A DNA stretch of 52,679 nt, filler included, from Squatina squatina (lineage: Eukaryota): the NCBI GenBank assembly GCA_031763465.1. It is 3 parts of 3 records of this genome, joined end to end, with 100 filler letters (N's around TTAATTAATTAA, not from the genome) between each part and the next. Parts side by side here need not be neighbours in the genome. Positions count along the whole stretch, not along the records: positions 1 to 21,716 come from JARFOE010000203.1; positions 21,817 to 35,735 come from JARFOE010000176.1; 1 more part is not named here. One strand, given 5' to 3'. The notes under the pieces are model-generated. The model ran no database searches. It was not told the DNA's origin and worked only from the letters and a program-made list of their open reading frames with translations. Shown piece by piece: positions 12,104-23,946 of this stretch; position 1 is the stretch's first letter; each line of letters begins with the position of its first letter. The translations under genes were made by a program, and so were the position numbers.

Positions 12104-12268
12104 TAGTGTGACCAGACGTCCCAGTTTTTTAGCAAGCGTCCCAGTGTCCCGACACTTACCTGAAAATTGTTGAAATGTCCCAGTTTTCAGCCAGCGAGAA
12201 CGGAGAACTGACTGCTCATGCGCAGTCTGATTGTCCCATTTGTACAATCTTAAGATCTGGTCACCCTG
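12104..12268. mobile_element. hAT (Blackjack-like) MITE, 165 bp, with 8-bp TSD
   Basis: Termini TAGTGTGACCAGA and TCTGGTCACCCTG are imperfect TIRs. Flanked by an exact GTTTAAAT duplication at 12096-12103 and 12269-12276. Subterminal GTCCC repeats. Confidence 0.85.
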
Positions 12269-12561
12269 GTTTAAATAGGTAATTCACCTCTCCTAACGGG
12301 GTTTCTCGCACACTGCCTAACGCGCTCGAGTTAAAGGCGGAAGTTGGTGGTTTGAAGCCGGCTTCCTGATGTGCTGTTCATTTCATCTTTAAAGTTAAAA
12401 TTTAGCCTTTTGTAACTGTGAATTCACCATCTGGGGCAAAGATTTACTTTGCATGCCAGGTGTAGCAAAATCAAAAATGGGTTGTTTAGAAAAAAATTAA
12501 ATTTTGTATGAAGGAGATCTTTTCCCTTGGCAATTAAATGAAAGACTTCCTACCAACACGA

Positions 12562-12729
12562 AGGCCAGAATTTTACCGGTGGTGAGAAGGCAGGATCGGA
12601 GGCGGGTCAGCTGTCAAAATAGAAATAATGACAGCGGGTCAGGAGCCCGCTGTCAACCCGCCTCCACGCTAATCTCCCACGTGTCGGGTCGGTCAGCGCT
12701 CAATAGACTCGACACCAAGCAGCGGGGGA
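12562..12729 (+). mobile_element. Probable terminus of a non-autonomous Harbinger-type element, truncated by a gap
   Basis: Begins AGGCCAGAATTTTAC and continues GC-rich with internal inverted motifs (GACAGCGGG..CCCGCTGTC, GGAGGCGGG..CCCGCCTCC). Family assignment from recall only. Confidence 0.4.
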
Positions 12730-13225
12730 NNNNNNNNNNNNNNNNNNNNNNNNNNNNNNNNNNNNNNNNNNNNNNNNNNNNNNNNNNNNNNNNNNNNNNN
12801 NNNNNNNNNNNNNNNNNNNNNNNNNNNNNACATTCATGCAGATATTTGAAGATAGTTAGTTGGTGACCGCGCTGTCTCAGTCCTTGATTAGAGTTTAGGC
12901 ATGGTTTGCACAGAGTGACCCAGTAATATTTCCACTGCTGGTTGAATTCCCAATCTGCTGCTGACATCCAGTCAGTTTAGTTCTGCAATGATCTATGTTC
13001 ACTTCTGAGCTTCGTGTTTAAAGAATCTGAAACAATGCCAGTGGAAAATACAAATGAAAAAATAATTTGTTCTCCCCACCCCACTCCCAATTTGTTTTTC
13101 CTTATCTTTCCTGAAAGTGCTGAGCCTTGCCGCACTGTGGTTTGTACCCCTTGTCACCGAATGGAGCCAAATGCCAAATCTAGCTCTTTAATTCTTATAT
13201 TGTCAATTTGTGTCTTTCATTCTAG

Positions 13226-13337
13226 ACATACCATACATCCAGACAGACCCAAGACCTTGCAACGTTAACAGATCTCGAAGGATCAGGGTCAGATGATGAG
13301 GATGAAAGTGTTTACTCTGGCTCCGGAGGTTCGGGAT
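13226..13337 (+). CDS. SDC3: Syndecan exon 2 (heparan-sulphate attachment region), SDC3-type
   Basis: tgtctttcattctag|ACA...GGAT|gtaagt, 112 nt, phase 0 to 1. Encodes TYHTSRQTQDLATLTDLEGSGSDDEDESVYSGSGGSG; compare recalled human SDC3 VDLEGSGDDDSFPDDELDDLYSGSGSG. Same strand and downstream of PUM1, as in human. Other exons not found, probably lost in gaps. Confidence 0.8.
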
Positions 13338-16129
13338 GTAAGTTCCAACTACCCACCACGCGACATCTCATGTTTCTGTTAAACGTTGGTCACGATTTGT
13401 AGCAAGCGAATATTTGAATTATTCTAAGCTGCCTCAGAATACCAATGAGCAACCTCCCCTTGAACACAAAGAGCTCTGCGCCTCACAGGCCCCTTCCATT
13501 CGAAATCTTCTGCCCTGATGCCCGATGGTCCACACCTTCCTCTGTCACCCATTCTCTCGTGTGCTGCAGTTGGGGATTTCTCAGTTTTGAAATTCATTCA
13601 CATGCACAAGAATGAATTTTCAAAATGGCTCTGCCCATGAGGTAAATCTGAGGGGAAATTAAGGTTGCCTTTGAAACATTTTCATAAGTCTTTGGGTGAA
13701 TGGGAAATTGCAGTATTGGAATGTCTGCCATCTGCACATCTACAGAATTCATGTGAGTTTCTTTTAAGCAAGACCTGTATTCAGATACCAGGAGAGAAAG
13801 GAAGACACTTGGCAATTAATTCCACCCCCTCCACCTTAACTTTTTGACTCTGACTTTCTTCCCTTTTCTCTTGAAGGCATTGACTCTTGCTGGGGTACCA
13901 GCAGTTTTTCTGTAGAAGACTGGCACTCACAGTCAAACACGATCCTCTCTTCACCTGACATCCACGTGGGCCTCTTCTATGTACAAAGTATATATGGTAT
14001 GTTTGTTGATAAAGGCACCCCACTAGTGATGTGCTCAAAACAAGCACAAAGCTTGTTGAACATCTGTGGGAATCACACTGTGATAACCAGTTATTAGAAT
14101 ATTCTATCCATGCTTAGAAAGAGTCATCAAACACTACATTTAATCAGATACATTAAATCTTGGTTGAGTGTTTCAGTTAAATGCAGATTTGTTCAGCACT
14201 GTATTGGCATTAGCTCGAATAAATTTCAGCTTTTAGTCTTCAGCTATCATAAGTGGCACCATTTGCTATCTGTTTGCAACAACATCAGTATTCAAGTTCC
14301 CATGATAAAATGTGCGCACAGTACTTCATTGTATCAATACAGGATGAATCGACTATAGTGAATTCATTATATTTAATTTGTATTCAATTACAACTTCTTG
14401 TATATCAGTCTGCTCCAGCCTTATTTTAACTAAATAAATCTTTACTGCAGTAACAGGGGACAGAAGTAGTTTCAGCACTATATTCTCAAACAGCTGTTGT
14501 TCTTCATTGTTTGAAAATATACTTTACAGGAAAACTGCAGACTGTAATATAGCTTTTGCATGTTATGTAGTACACTGCTCTATAACAATTTTTTACAATT
14601 TCAACTAAGCAATAAAGAATTCTCAAGTGCACACTCTGCTGTTCGATAGCAACCATTAACTGACTTATAGACTGTCGTCAAATGACAATGTCATTTACAT
14701 GGCAAATGAAAACTAGATAGAAATTGTAGAAATGTTCCGTGTATAAGATCCAAGATGTTGTATGAACTGGATGTTTNNNNNNNNNNNNNNNNNNNNNNNN
14801 NNNNNNNNNNNNNNNNNNNNNNNNNNNNNNNNNNNNNNNNNNNNNNNNNNNNNNNNNNNNNNNNNNNNNNNNNNNNCACAATCTCAATCATAACCCAAGA
14901 GTGAAGAGAACTTTGTTCAGAAGTTACAGGAGCCATCCCTTTACCCTGGCATACATCAATACCTTCAAAAGAGATCGGCAGAAGATGAAAGGGGGAGGGG
15001 ACGCTGGGAAGCTGCAGTACGCTATTCTCTTTCCACTCAGTAATAATCTTGTGCTTTCCATGTTAGTTGCAAAGCTTCAAAATCCTTACATAAGCAATGT
15101 CTGTAAAGTTGGGTTCAGTTGGAGACATCTGTCAGCAGAGGACTGCAGTGAAAGGAGCTCATTATAGAGTTCAATAAAATGTCACTTAAAAGGAAGGTTG
15201 TTTTAGATCCCGTGTGAAGACAGGCTAAGTGGTGAGTCAAAAATGGCGGCATCCAATATAATTACAATTTGTGGCCTTCTTAATCTTTAAACTGTTCCAA
15301 AACCTTATTGTAAAATGTGTGAAGGGGTTGCTTGGCCACTGCCTTATGTCAGGCAGCACGGGTTCAGACGTAGGTAATCTTTGGCCTGCCAGCAAGAAGT
15401 TGCTGACACTGAGTCTTCAATTGCCCAACTGGTTGGAAAGCTACGGAGAGTGAGTTATTCTAAATTTACTGCTCTTCATAACAAAATAATTTCTGCTTTA
15501 AACACCACAGGCTAAATTGGCCCAGTGACTTGAATTGTTTAATGCTCAGCATCCCATTGAGATTGAGCACTCAACTCCCCAGGCTGCTTGCCGCTCAAAC
15601 TCATTCTCTGCTGCAGGCTTAGTTTTGATATAGTTCTCATTCAGCTGTCGGATGGGGAACTCTATAGTAATGAGGTCATCCCAGCCTCAGGCTTTGTTGG
15701 GGCGGGGTGAGGGTATCCAAATTTAATTCATCATTCTCCAATATTTCTTCCTCTTGTTACACTCACGAAGCAACATGAATGGCAGTGGTTGAAGTTTATG
15801 GTGGAGACTATTGAACATTCCTGCTTGGAGGGAGTGACTGGATGGCAAGTGCCTAACAGCTGGAAGGGTTGGGGGAGGTACGCTGGTGTTGCATATCAAT
15901 CCAGATACATTTAATTTGTATTTCTCCACTTCAAACCACTTCCCAGAAGGAAAACCCTTCAGATTTCCCAGGAGGCTAGATGACAGACAGTATTGTTGGA
16001 ATGAGAGCTTGCTGATCATGAATAGATATATACCTTCTCATTTTATCATAATGGAGAGTACGTTTATACCTTTCATTTTTCCACTTAGGATTCATTTTGC
16101 GCAAGAAATCCATCGTAGTCACTAGGAGA

Positions 16130-16940
16130 CTTGGGAGTTGTAGACGGTGCCCTATTGAGTATTAATAGATACACTTACTGTCGTACTTTATATTACACCA
16201 CTGTCAGAGCTACCTCAGTGGCATAAGACAAGAATAATCAATCTGCCAAAATAGAATGTGTCCCACAGGAACTCTGCCTAAACACGTGGAGGAAGAGCGA
16301 CTGGACCTCCTGAGATAGTCTAGAAGAGATTAAGTTGACTGATGAATTCTGTATCCGACAATCGAACTAGAGGCTATTCAGTGCTGTTTTTGCAGGATTC
16401 ATTATTTTGTCCACAAAATGTAACCAGTGAACGGGTGTAATCCACGCGGTGGATATATAAAGAAAATTAGCACACTTTGAATCTTGCCCTCTGACAAATT
16501 CTGTAAATAGTTTTTAAAAACTGTATAAATTTTAAATGGCATTAATGTGCGTCTTAGTATTTGTCCCTCTGAAAACGATGTTCGTGTATCAAGGGTTCCT
16601 TGCGCGGCAAACAGGAACCAAATGGAAATTAGAACGTCAGCTTCTGATTATTCGTACAATTGTATCTCGTGCGCTAATGATTCCACCTTTTGAAGAAGCA
16701 TGTAAATATTTTTAATAGGAAATATATCATAAATGGATTTCAGTTGTCTTGTATATAATCCTTGTAGAGTTGTAGCAGTCTAGACCTTATAGTACCTGTC
16801 TTTCAAATTTGTAAACTGTTTTATTCCAAGTTGCTGGCCATGAGAAAGGATTAAAAAAAAAGTTTTGTCTTTTTTTTAATTATATATATATCTGTGCTGT
16901 GCCCATTTATGAAATAAAAAAAAATCATTGAAACCTCTTA
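16130..16940 (+). other. Putative distal 3'UTR and polyadenylation site, probably of the syndecan gene
   Basis: AU-rich UTR-like sequence with AATAAA at 16913-16918 followed by a GU/U-rich element (GTTGTGTTTTTTTGATGTTTG). Gene assignment is positional only and the start is approximate. Confidence 0.45.
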
Positions 16941-17849
16941 AATGCCGTTGTGTTTTTTTGATGTTTGATGCACAAATCTTGAAAAATGGGAATCGCTGAA
17001 ACTTTTTAGAAAGAAGCTAGATGGGATCCTAGGTTTTATAAATGGGGGTACAGGGTATAAAAGCANNNNNNNNNNNNNNNNNNNNNNNNNNNNNNNNNNN
17101 NNNNNNNNNNNNNNNNNNNNNNNNNNNNNNNNNNNNNNNNNNNNNNNNNNNNNNNNNNNNNNNNNACCAAAATCAAAAATGCAACTATCACTTCCAGGAA
17201 TAGTTTCTCCATGAGGGTATTTGATCAAATACATCTCACCAGGTCTTCGTCACAGAGGAGTCATGGTGTAAAGCTAAAATAATATGGCTTCCGATTGGTT
17301 GTCAGTGATGTAATGAGCTATAAACAACCTCATTAAAAGCATCTGAAATGAAATATAGCCGCATATTTTAAAAAGAGTACTGTGAGCAATTTGGAAAGGC
17401 TGAAAATGATTGTGGGTGGACTTGATTTTTTTAATGACGTTGTAGGCGGTGCGAGAAAGGTATGCTGTTCCTTTAATTGTCTGAATATTTCAGTGTTTTG
17501 GAATGCAGTGGGGAAAATTCATAAACAATTATGATTTCATTTTAGAAAACCGCAGTACTCTGTAACTGTTAGTTTAAAATACTAGATCTCGGGATCGCTC
17601 ACCCCACACTTCTACCTCAGTCGAAAGTCCCGAAGTTAAAGACAAATTTTCAAACTCACATAGCAGCAGGTGGTCCCTGTAATTAAAACCCGAGTGTTCA
17701 GAAGTTGTAGGNNNNNNNNNNNNNNNNNNNNNNNNNNNNNNNNNNNNNNNNNNNNNNNNNNNNNNNNNNNNNNNNNNNNNNNNNNNNNNNNNNNNNNNNN
17801 NNNNNNNNNNNCAACTGTTCAGAGCCTGAGTATGGGATCCAATAAATAA

Positions 17850-17937
17850 AACAAAGAAAGAATGACTTACATATATATATAACGCCTTTCATAGCCTCAG
17901 GACATCCCGAAGCGCTTTACAGCTAATGCAGTACTTA
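17850..17937 (-). mobile_element. Deu-SINE 3' tail fragment (inverted)
   Basis: Reverse complement AAGTACTGCATTAGCTGTAAAGCGCTTCGGGATGTCCTGAGG...TTCTTTCTTT aligns with 18365-18443. Confidence 0.75.
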
Positions 17938-18049
17938 TAGTGTAGGATAGCAAATATTGCTTTTGTTCCCTAGAAATTTCTGCATGCGTTACATATATTC
18001 CATGAGCAAAGATGACTTTCCCTGTGAGATAAATTTAATGTATAGATGA

Positions 18050-18443
18050 CAGGCAACAGTCTCGCCTCTGAATCAGAAGGTTGTGGGTTCAAGTTCCACT
18101 CCAGAGACTTGAGCACAAAATCTAGGCTGACACCTCGGTGTTGTGGTGTCGGAGGTGCCAACTTTAGGATGAGACCCATCTGCCCTCTCAGGTGGACGTA
18201 AAAGATCCCAGGGCACTATTCAAAGAGCAGGGGAGTTCTCCATGTCGTGGCTAACATCTATCCCTCAACTAACATCAGGTTATCTGGTCCTTAACTCATT
18301 GCTGTTTGTGGGTCCTTGTGTTGCCACATTTCCTACATTACAACATGACAAGACTTAAAAAAAAAAGTACTTCATTGGCTATAAAGCACTTTGCGATGTC
18401 CTGAGGTTGTGAAAATTGCTATATAAATACAAGTCTTTCTTTC
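18050..18443 (+). mobile_element. tRNA-derived Deu-domain SINE (SacSINE1-like), near full length
   Basis: tRNA-like head with B box (GGGTTCAAGTTCC), Deu core GTCGGAGGTGCC..GGATGAGAC..AAAGATCCCAGGGCACTATT, and tail ending AAATACAAGTCTTTCTTTC. Confidence 0.8.
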
Positions 18444-19259
18444 ATCTGACTTTGGATTTTTCTCTTTACTGGCGCACGTGTAGCTTAAATTCTGGCAACA
18501 AAAAATTCAGATTTCACTTTCTTCGCTGAGTGCTTTTAGTGGAATGCAAATAAGCATATGGTACGGAAGTGTTCTCTGCCAAATTAGAAGACTGGAGGAC
18601 TAAAATGAGAATCTTTCTGCATTTTTAAAATATGTAATTTGACAAAAAAAACCTTTATTTTAAATCTTAACAGTGTGAATCACAGCTTCATATTGGTTTT
18701 TATGACCTTCAAACCTTTGCGATAATTTGTGCATCAGGATAGGATGAGGGACCTTTTTCAGCTCAGCATGCTTGACATAAATATTGTGCAAGAATATGAT
18801 TGATTCCAGCATACTTGTATATATATATATAGATTCCAGTCCACTAGAACTAGGTGTGCATCTGGTTGGGTTAAAAATGGTGGCTCTCCATTGTGGTACA
18901 ATGTGCCACCGTATGCAGTGATAGACAGGAGTTTGTTCCTAAAACTCCACAATTAATAAGGTCATACACTCAGTTGCACTAACAGGGACCCACAATGAAA
19001 AGAGGCTGTATATTTCTTCACAAAAAGAATGGTACAATTATTGTTAAGTCGCCAACGCTGTCCAACTCCCTGAAGCCAGTTACGGAGTGGCATTGATAGA
19101 GGCTGAGACAAGGTCCCCTGACCATAGTCTTAATAAAAAGGTATATATAAAGGGGGTGGGGGGGAAGATAATACGTCTGTGGTCACTTTATTTTACTTGA
19201 TCTTTTTCAGCAATACACTTATATTTACCCAATTCAAGTATATCTACTGTATTTAAAAA

Positions 19260-19930
19260 AAGGAAATCACAAGGCAGAGAGTAGGGGTAAGAGGTAGCTA
19301 TTCACAGTGGCAGAAGGTGGGTAGTGGTGTTCCACAGGGATCAGTGCTGGGACCACTGTTATTCACAGTTTATATTAATGATTTAGACTTTGGAATCAAA
19401 AACACAATTTCTAAATTTGCAGATGACACCAAATTGGGGGGTTAGTCAATACTGAGGAGGACTGCAACAAATTACAGGTGGACATTAATAAACTTGCAGA
19501 ATGGGCATATAACTGGCAAATGAAGTTTCTCACAGATAAATATGTTGAACTTCATTTAGGTAGGAAGAATAAGGAGGGTGCGAGTCTGGGTGGGGTAAAG
19601 GAACAAAGGGATCTCCGAGTACAAATACACAAATCACTAAAAGTTGTGACGCTGATTAGCAAGGCCATAAAAAAAAGCAAACCAAGNNNNNNNNNNNNNN
19701 NNNNNNNNNNNNNNNNNNNNNNNNNNNNNNNNNNNNNNNNNNNNNNNNNNNNNNNNNNNNNNNNNNNNNNNNNNNNNNNNNNNNNNGGCTAAAGGGATCA
19801 GGGGGTATGGAGAGAAAGCAGGTACGGGGTACTGAGTTGAATGATCAGCCATGATCATATTGATTGGCGGTGCAGGCTCGAAGGGCCGAATGGCCTACTT
19901 CTGCACCTATTTTCTATGTTTCTATGTTTC
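19260..19930 (+). mobile_element. CR1 LINE RT fragment plus 3' tail, separated by a gap
   Basis: RT motifs [21 protein letters not shown]...[10 protein letters not shown]. Tail GGCTCGAAGGGCCGAATGGCCTAC...TTTCTATGTTTCTATG. Confidence 0.9.
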
Positions 19931-20764
19931 TAGGAAGAGGATGAGGAGGGCTAATGCACCACATTCACAGTCACAAAAGATGTCATTTGTGACTTTGGTC
20001 AGGAGATTTTCGGGCTGTAGCAATGGCAGAAACCTGACTGGAGAGAGTTATACAGGGAGTTGCATGAAAGATGGGCATCGTGGAGTTAATTTTGAATCCA
20101 GCGTCCTGAGATAGGATTTCTGACATGAGAATGATCTAATGTAGGCTCTTTGAAATTGAGCTGCTCTTCAGAGGAGAATGAAAGCTGCTGTATCGGCTTG
20201 TAGTATCTTTCTTGCCTTTGTTATGAGACCTCAATGCTGTTCAACTTTCAGTTTCATAATAACGATGTTTGAAAACCACTCTGAGAAATACAATCTAAAT
20301 CATCTCGGCAGACAGGCTTACCAAAGCGATTGTTTCGAACTTGCATCTTTGAAACTATCAATAAAAATCCCCATGATGGCAATCATTGCAGACTACGCCG
20401 TTTCCAAAAACAGTTCAAGTTGACATTTAGGAACTTCCCTTTTTCGAATAGAAATTCCAAATAACCTTTTAAGTAGTCCATCAAAGTGCTGAGAGGTTCA
20501 AAAATCAGATCTGTCTAAAAGCACAGACGACTATTACATTATAAACTCAATGAGAGCATTTTGTAATAGCTCTCACTGTGTTTGTTTTTTTTAATTCTGT
20601 ATGTTGATGCAAAAAAAAATCACTGCATGGCTAATTAAAGCTCCCAATTGGCAAAGGGTGGCAATTTCATGGACACTTCAGAGCCAGTGAAAAATCAATT
20701 GAATTGCAACCCTAACTCAAGCATTGGACGGAAGTGTTTGGGAATGGAATCATTGCTTGAGTTC

Positions 20765-20866
20765 ATTACAACAGTGACTACACTTCAAAAGCACATCATT
20801 GGCTGTAAAGTGCTTTGAAATGTCCGGAGTTCATGAAAGGCGCAATGTAAACACATGTCTTTCTTT
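20765..20866 (+). mobile_element. Deu-SINE/L2-type 3' tail fragment
   Basis: TTACAACAGTGACTACACTTCAAAAG..CATTGGCTGTAAAGTGCTTTG..ATGTCC..GAAAGGCGC matches the tail at 18340-18443. Confidence 0.7.
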
Positions 20867-21716
20867 TATCATGATGTTCTCAACAGCAACGAGTTAAAAT
20901 GTACAAATCTTACGGAATGAACAAGATAAGTAGATCACTTCTCTGCATTTAGTATCATCCACAAAACAAAAGGACTACAAGCACAAATGCATTTCATCCC
21001 AAACCAAAACACACACACACGCAACTCCAACAGCAGTTAGACATCAGTACATGATCAATCCATGCAGAGGAAAGCAGCAGTTAAAAGAACAAGGAAGAAT
21101 TCTGCAAAGATTAAAGATTACTCCTTTTGTGAAAAGCCCTGTTTATATTTGTTCAATGAAAGCGAAATGAGAAAATAAATACGTATTAGCAGCTCATTCT
21201 GGCAATACTTAATGTTTCACAAACTGCAGATGTGGAAGTACTGTTGCTACTTACACCCCAGGGAACTAAGAGTATTAAAAAATTCTGAAGTAAATTGTTA
21301 GGCGTAGTGTATGTGTACGCTTGACGTATGCCAAGTAATTTTCGGTATGTGCCAAACTCTCGCACGTGCTGTGCCTTGTAATTTACCAGAGACGTTCCGC
21401 AGTGGGCCTCAGATACATTGCTTTACTTTCTTACCTGTACTTTTCCTGCTTTAACCCTTTTCAGCACTGGATGGTCTTTACAGCTTTTCAAAATAAGCAT
21501 GCTTACGAATGCAACAACTATGTTTAAAAAAATCTTTGGAATATTTCTGCTGCCGAGTCACATAAAGTAGAATTTTTTTAAATATGGGAACTTGCAGAAT
21601 ATTTGAGTTGCAATATTCTTTATACCCGGAGTAAAACATGTATGCAGAGTAAATAATGGATCATAGATCCAGGAAGAGGCCATTCAGTCCCTCGAGCCTG
21701 CTCCACCATTCAATTA

Positions 21717-21816
21717 NNNNNNNNNNNNNNNNNNNNNNNNNNNNNNNNNNNNNNNNNNNNTTAATTAATTAANNNNNNNNNNNNNNNNNNNNNNNNNNNN
21801 NNNNNNNNNNNNNNNN
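21717..21816. other. Artificial scaffold spacer: N44 + TTAATTAATTAA + N44
   Basis: Self-complementary 12-mer at 21761-21772 giving TAA in all six frames, centred in exactly 100 bp. An identical construct is at 35736-35835. Confidence 0.95.
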
Positions 21817-21837
21817 CCATGTTTTCAAAAAAAAAGC

Positions 21838-22040
21838 CTGTTTGGTTCACTCACATCCATTAGGGAAGAAAACCTGCTGTCCTTGTCCCGGTCTGGCCTA
21901 CATGTAACTCCAGACCCACTGCAATGTGGTTGACTCTTAACTGGTTTCAAGAAGTTGGCTCACCACTTCTCAAGGGCAATTGGGGATGGGCAATAAATGC
22001 TGGCCTTGACAGTAACGTCCACATCCCATGAATGAATAAA
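21838..22040 (+). mobile_element. SINE/LINE 3' portion with CAAGGGCAATTGGGGATGGGCAATAAATG tail
   Basis: Tail ...CCACATCCCATGAATGAATAAA. A related tail occurs at 6226-6280. Confidence 0.6.
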
Positions 22041-22685
22041 CAAGACGTTTAACTGTGATTTTAGAGCAATTTACTTGAACTTTGTTAAATATAATGTTTG
22101 CTACTTCTATTATATTTAGATAATTCATTTTGATTTTGAGGGAATTTTGTTTTATGATTGTGTTTGACCTGTGATTATTGCTTGTAATCATTTAGCTGCC
22201 ATTTATTTGATAGATACTTTTTTGGAGCACTCAAACTTCTAGTCCAAAGCTTCTTTGTGATGCGTTGAAATTACGCTGTTTGGTTTAAAGTGGGTTGTGA
22301 AATACTTCCTGTTGGAACCAATTTCAAGGTTTAATGTATACATGAATGCTTTTTTGGATATTGCATTTCCAGTTCACTTCGCTTACAAAATCAATCTAAA
22401 GCCTTTATAACTGTGTACCTTTTAGATATTTTGACGCTGGATGATAGATTAGTCAAACACATACTACAGGTATATTGCTTTCAAGTTATAAATGTTACAA
22501 AAGACCCACTTGAAATAAACTGCTTTCTTTTATGCCCTTTGGTTACCAGTTATACATGCCACATAAAGTTCTTTTTTTATTCTACTGGTATGTGCAATCT
22601 GATTTTGAAGACTCAAATATTAGCAACCCACCTAGTCCACCTTTCTCAAATGGGCCTCCTTTCAAATACTACTGTTTCCTTACAG

Positions 22686-22766
22686 ATGCTATTCTGAATA
22701 TGGTGAACATAGCTGCCAATATGCTTGGGGCCAAGACGGGAGAAGAGGAAATGTCTCAAACAGAAG
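22686..22766 (+). CDS. SUCO: SUN domain-containing ossification factor, internal exon following the SUN domain
   Basis: gtttccttacag|AT...GAAG|gtaacc, 81 nt, phase 1-1. Encodes AILNMVNIAANMLGAKTGEEEMSQTE; recalled human SUCO has NAILNMVNIAANILGAKTE. Confidence 0.85.
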
Positions 22767-23711
22767 GTAACCTGATTGTTTTTGTGTAGTTGCTACCTCT
22801 AGGAACTACTTCCCTAGGACCTAGTGGTGGTGTTTACTGCATGCTCTCTCCTTTCTTTGTAGTAACTGGTGTCTTGTAGCTATTTACTTTTCTTGAAGCT
22901 TTTCTTGTAGCTTGTTAACTTTTCTCTCTCCTGCTGTTGCCTTCTTCTGTTTCTCTGTCGATCTTGTCTGTCCTGTGTCCCTCTTGTGTCTGTGGCACCA
23001 GTTCGAAGGTCCAGATTTTATAGCAAGAAGTTGGTTTTACTTTTGTTTCTCTTCTCAAACACACCTTTGNNNNNNNNNNNNNNNNNNNNNNNNNNNNNNN
23101 NNNNNNNNNNNNNNNNNNNNNNNNNNNNNNNNNNNNNNNNNNNNNNNNNNNNNNNNNNNNNNNNNNNNNTATTTTTTTCTGCATCCCCCACCCCATTTAT
23201 TATTTTGAAATAATGAAACAAAGACACTATTTTAAAGAGCTTAATTTAATTGACCAGGACTTGTATAAAGCAAAAGTATTCCACTTTGTTGGACAGGATC
23301 AGGTCAGCTTTGTTGAGAAGCAAGATGGACGGTTATTTAAGATTAAACTTTACTCCCCAGAAAGGTTGGAGAAGCAAATTGGTACTCAAGTAGGGATGAG
23401 CAGGTGGCTCGAATCACTATACATGAACTCCAAACAACAGCTGAATGCTCTTTTCTCACTCTGGATTCTCAAGTCATTTGAACTTTTGAGTGTTTATTTT
23501 CTGGAAGAAATTTAATTGGTTGTATTATGTTCTCTTCAGGCAAGAAAGACACTAACTTGCTGTCTTCTAATTATGCAGAATGTAAATTTGCATAAATGTG
23601 CCATTGCTACTTACTCCCAGCTTTCCCTACCTAATTAAGTGAGTTGGAAAAAGTGAATCCTTGCTTTACCCATTCCACTGATTAATATCTGTACCTTCTT
23701 CCTCTTTTTAG

Positions 23712-23770
23712 TGGGTCCAGGTGACTTGTACATTGTAGAACCACTGAAGTTTTTACAAGACAATAAAAAG
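23712..23770 (+). CDS. SUCO: SUCO penultimate coding exon
   Basis: cctctttttag|TG...AAG|gtaccg, 59 nt. Encodes (V)GPGDLYIVEPLKFLQDNKK; recalled human has VDPNDLYIVEPLKFSPEKK. Confidence 0.9.
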
Positions 23771-23946
23771 GTACCGTGCCATTTACCTTGGAATATTTTG
23801 CTGGTTCAAGTTTTAACTGTAGCTTAATACTAGATAACCAGCAGTTTAGCCTGACTAGCAGCTGATGAGATATGTACCAAGATGCTTTTATTTCTCCTTG
23901 TAAGCGAGCAAAACTTGCAAGTTTTCATCTTGGTTTTTTTTTATAG

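Noticed and set aside
18050-18110. tRNA gene (also 47030-47100)
   Set aside because: Only a tRNA-derived SINE head continuing into repeat body; no complete cloverleaf or terminator seen.
23297-23383. ORF containing LEKQIG, identical to the recalled end of human FASLG exon 2
   Set aside because: It lies in a SUCO intron upstream of SUCO's last two exons on the same contig, has a weak donor (gtactc), and the context resembles a decayed CR1. Treated as coincidence.
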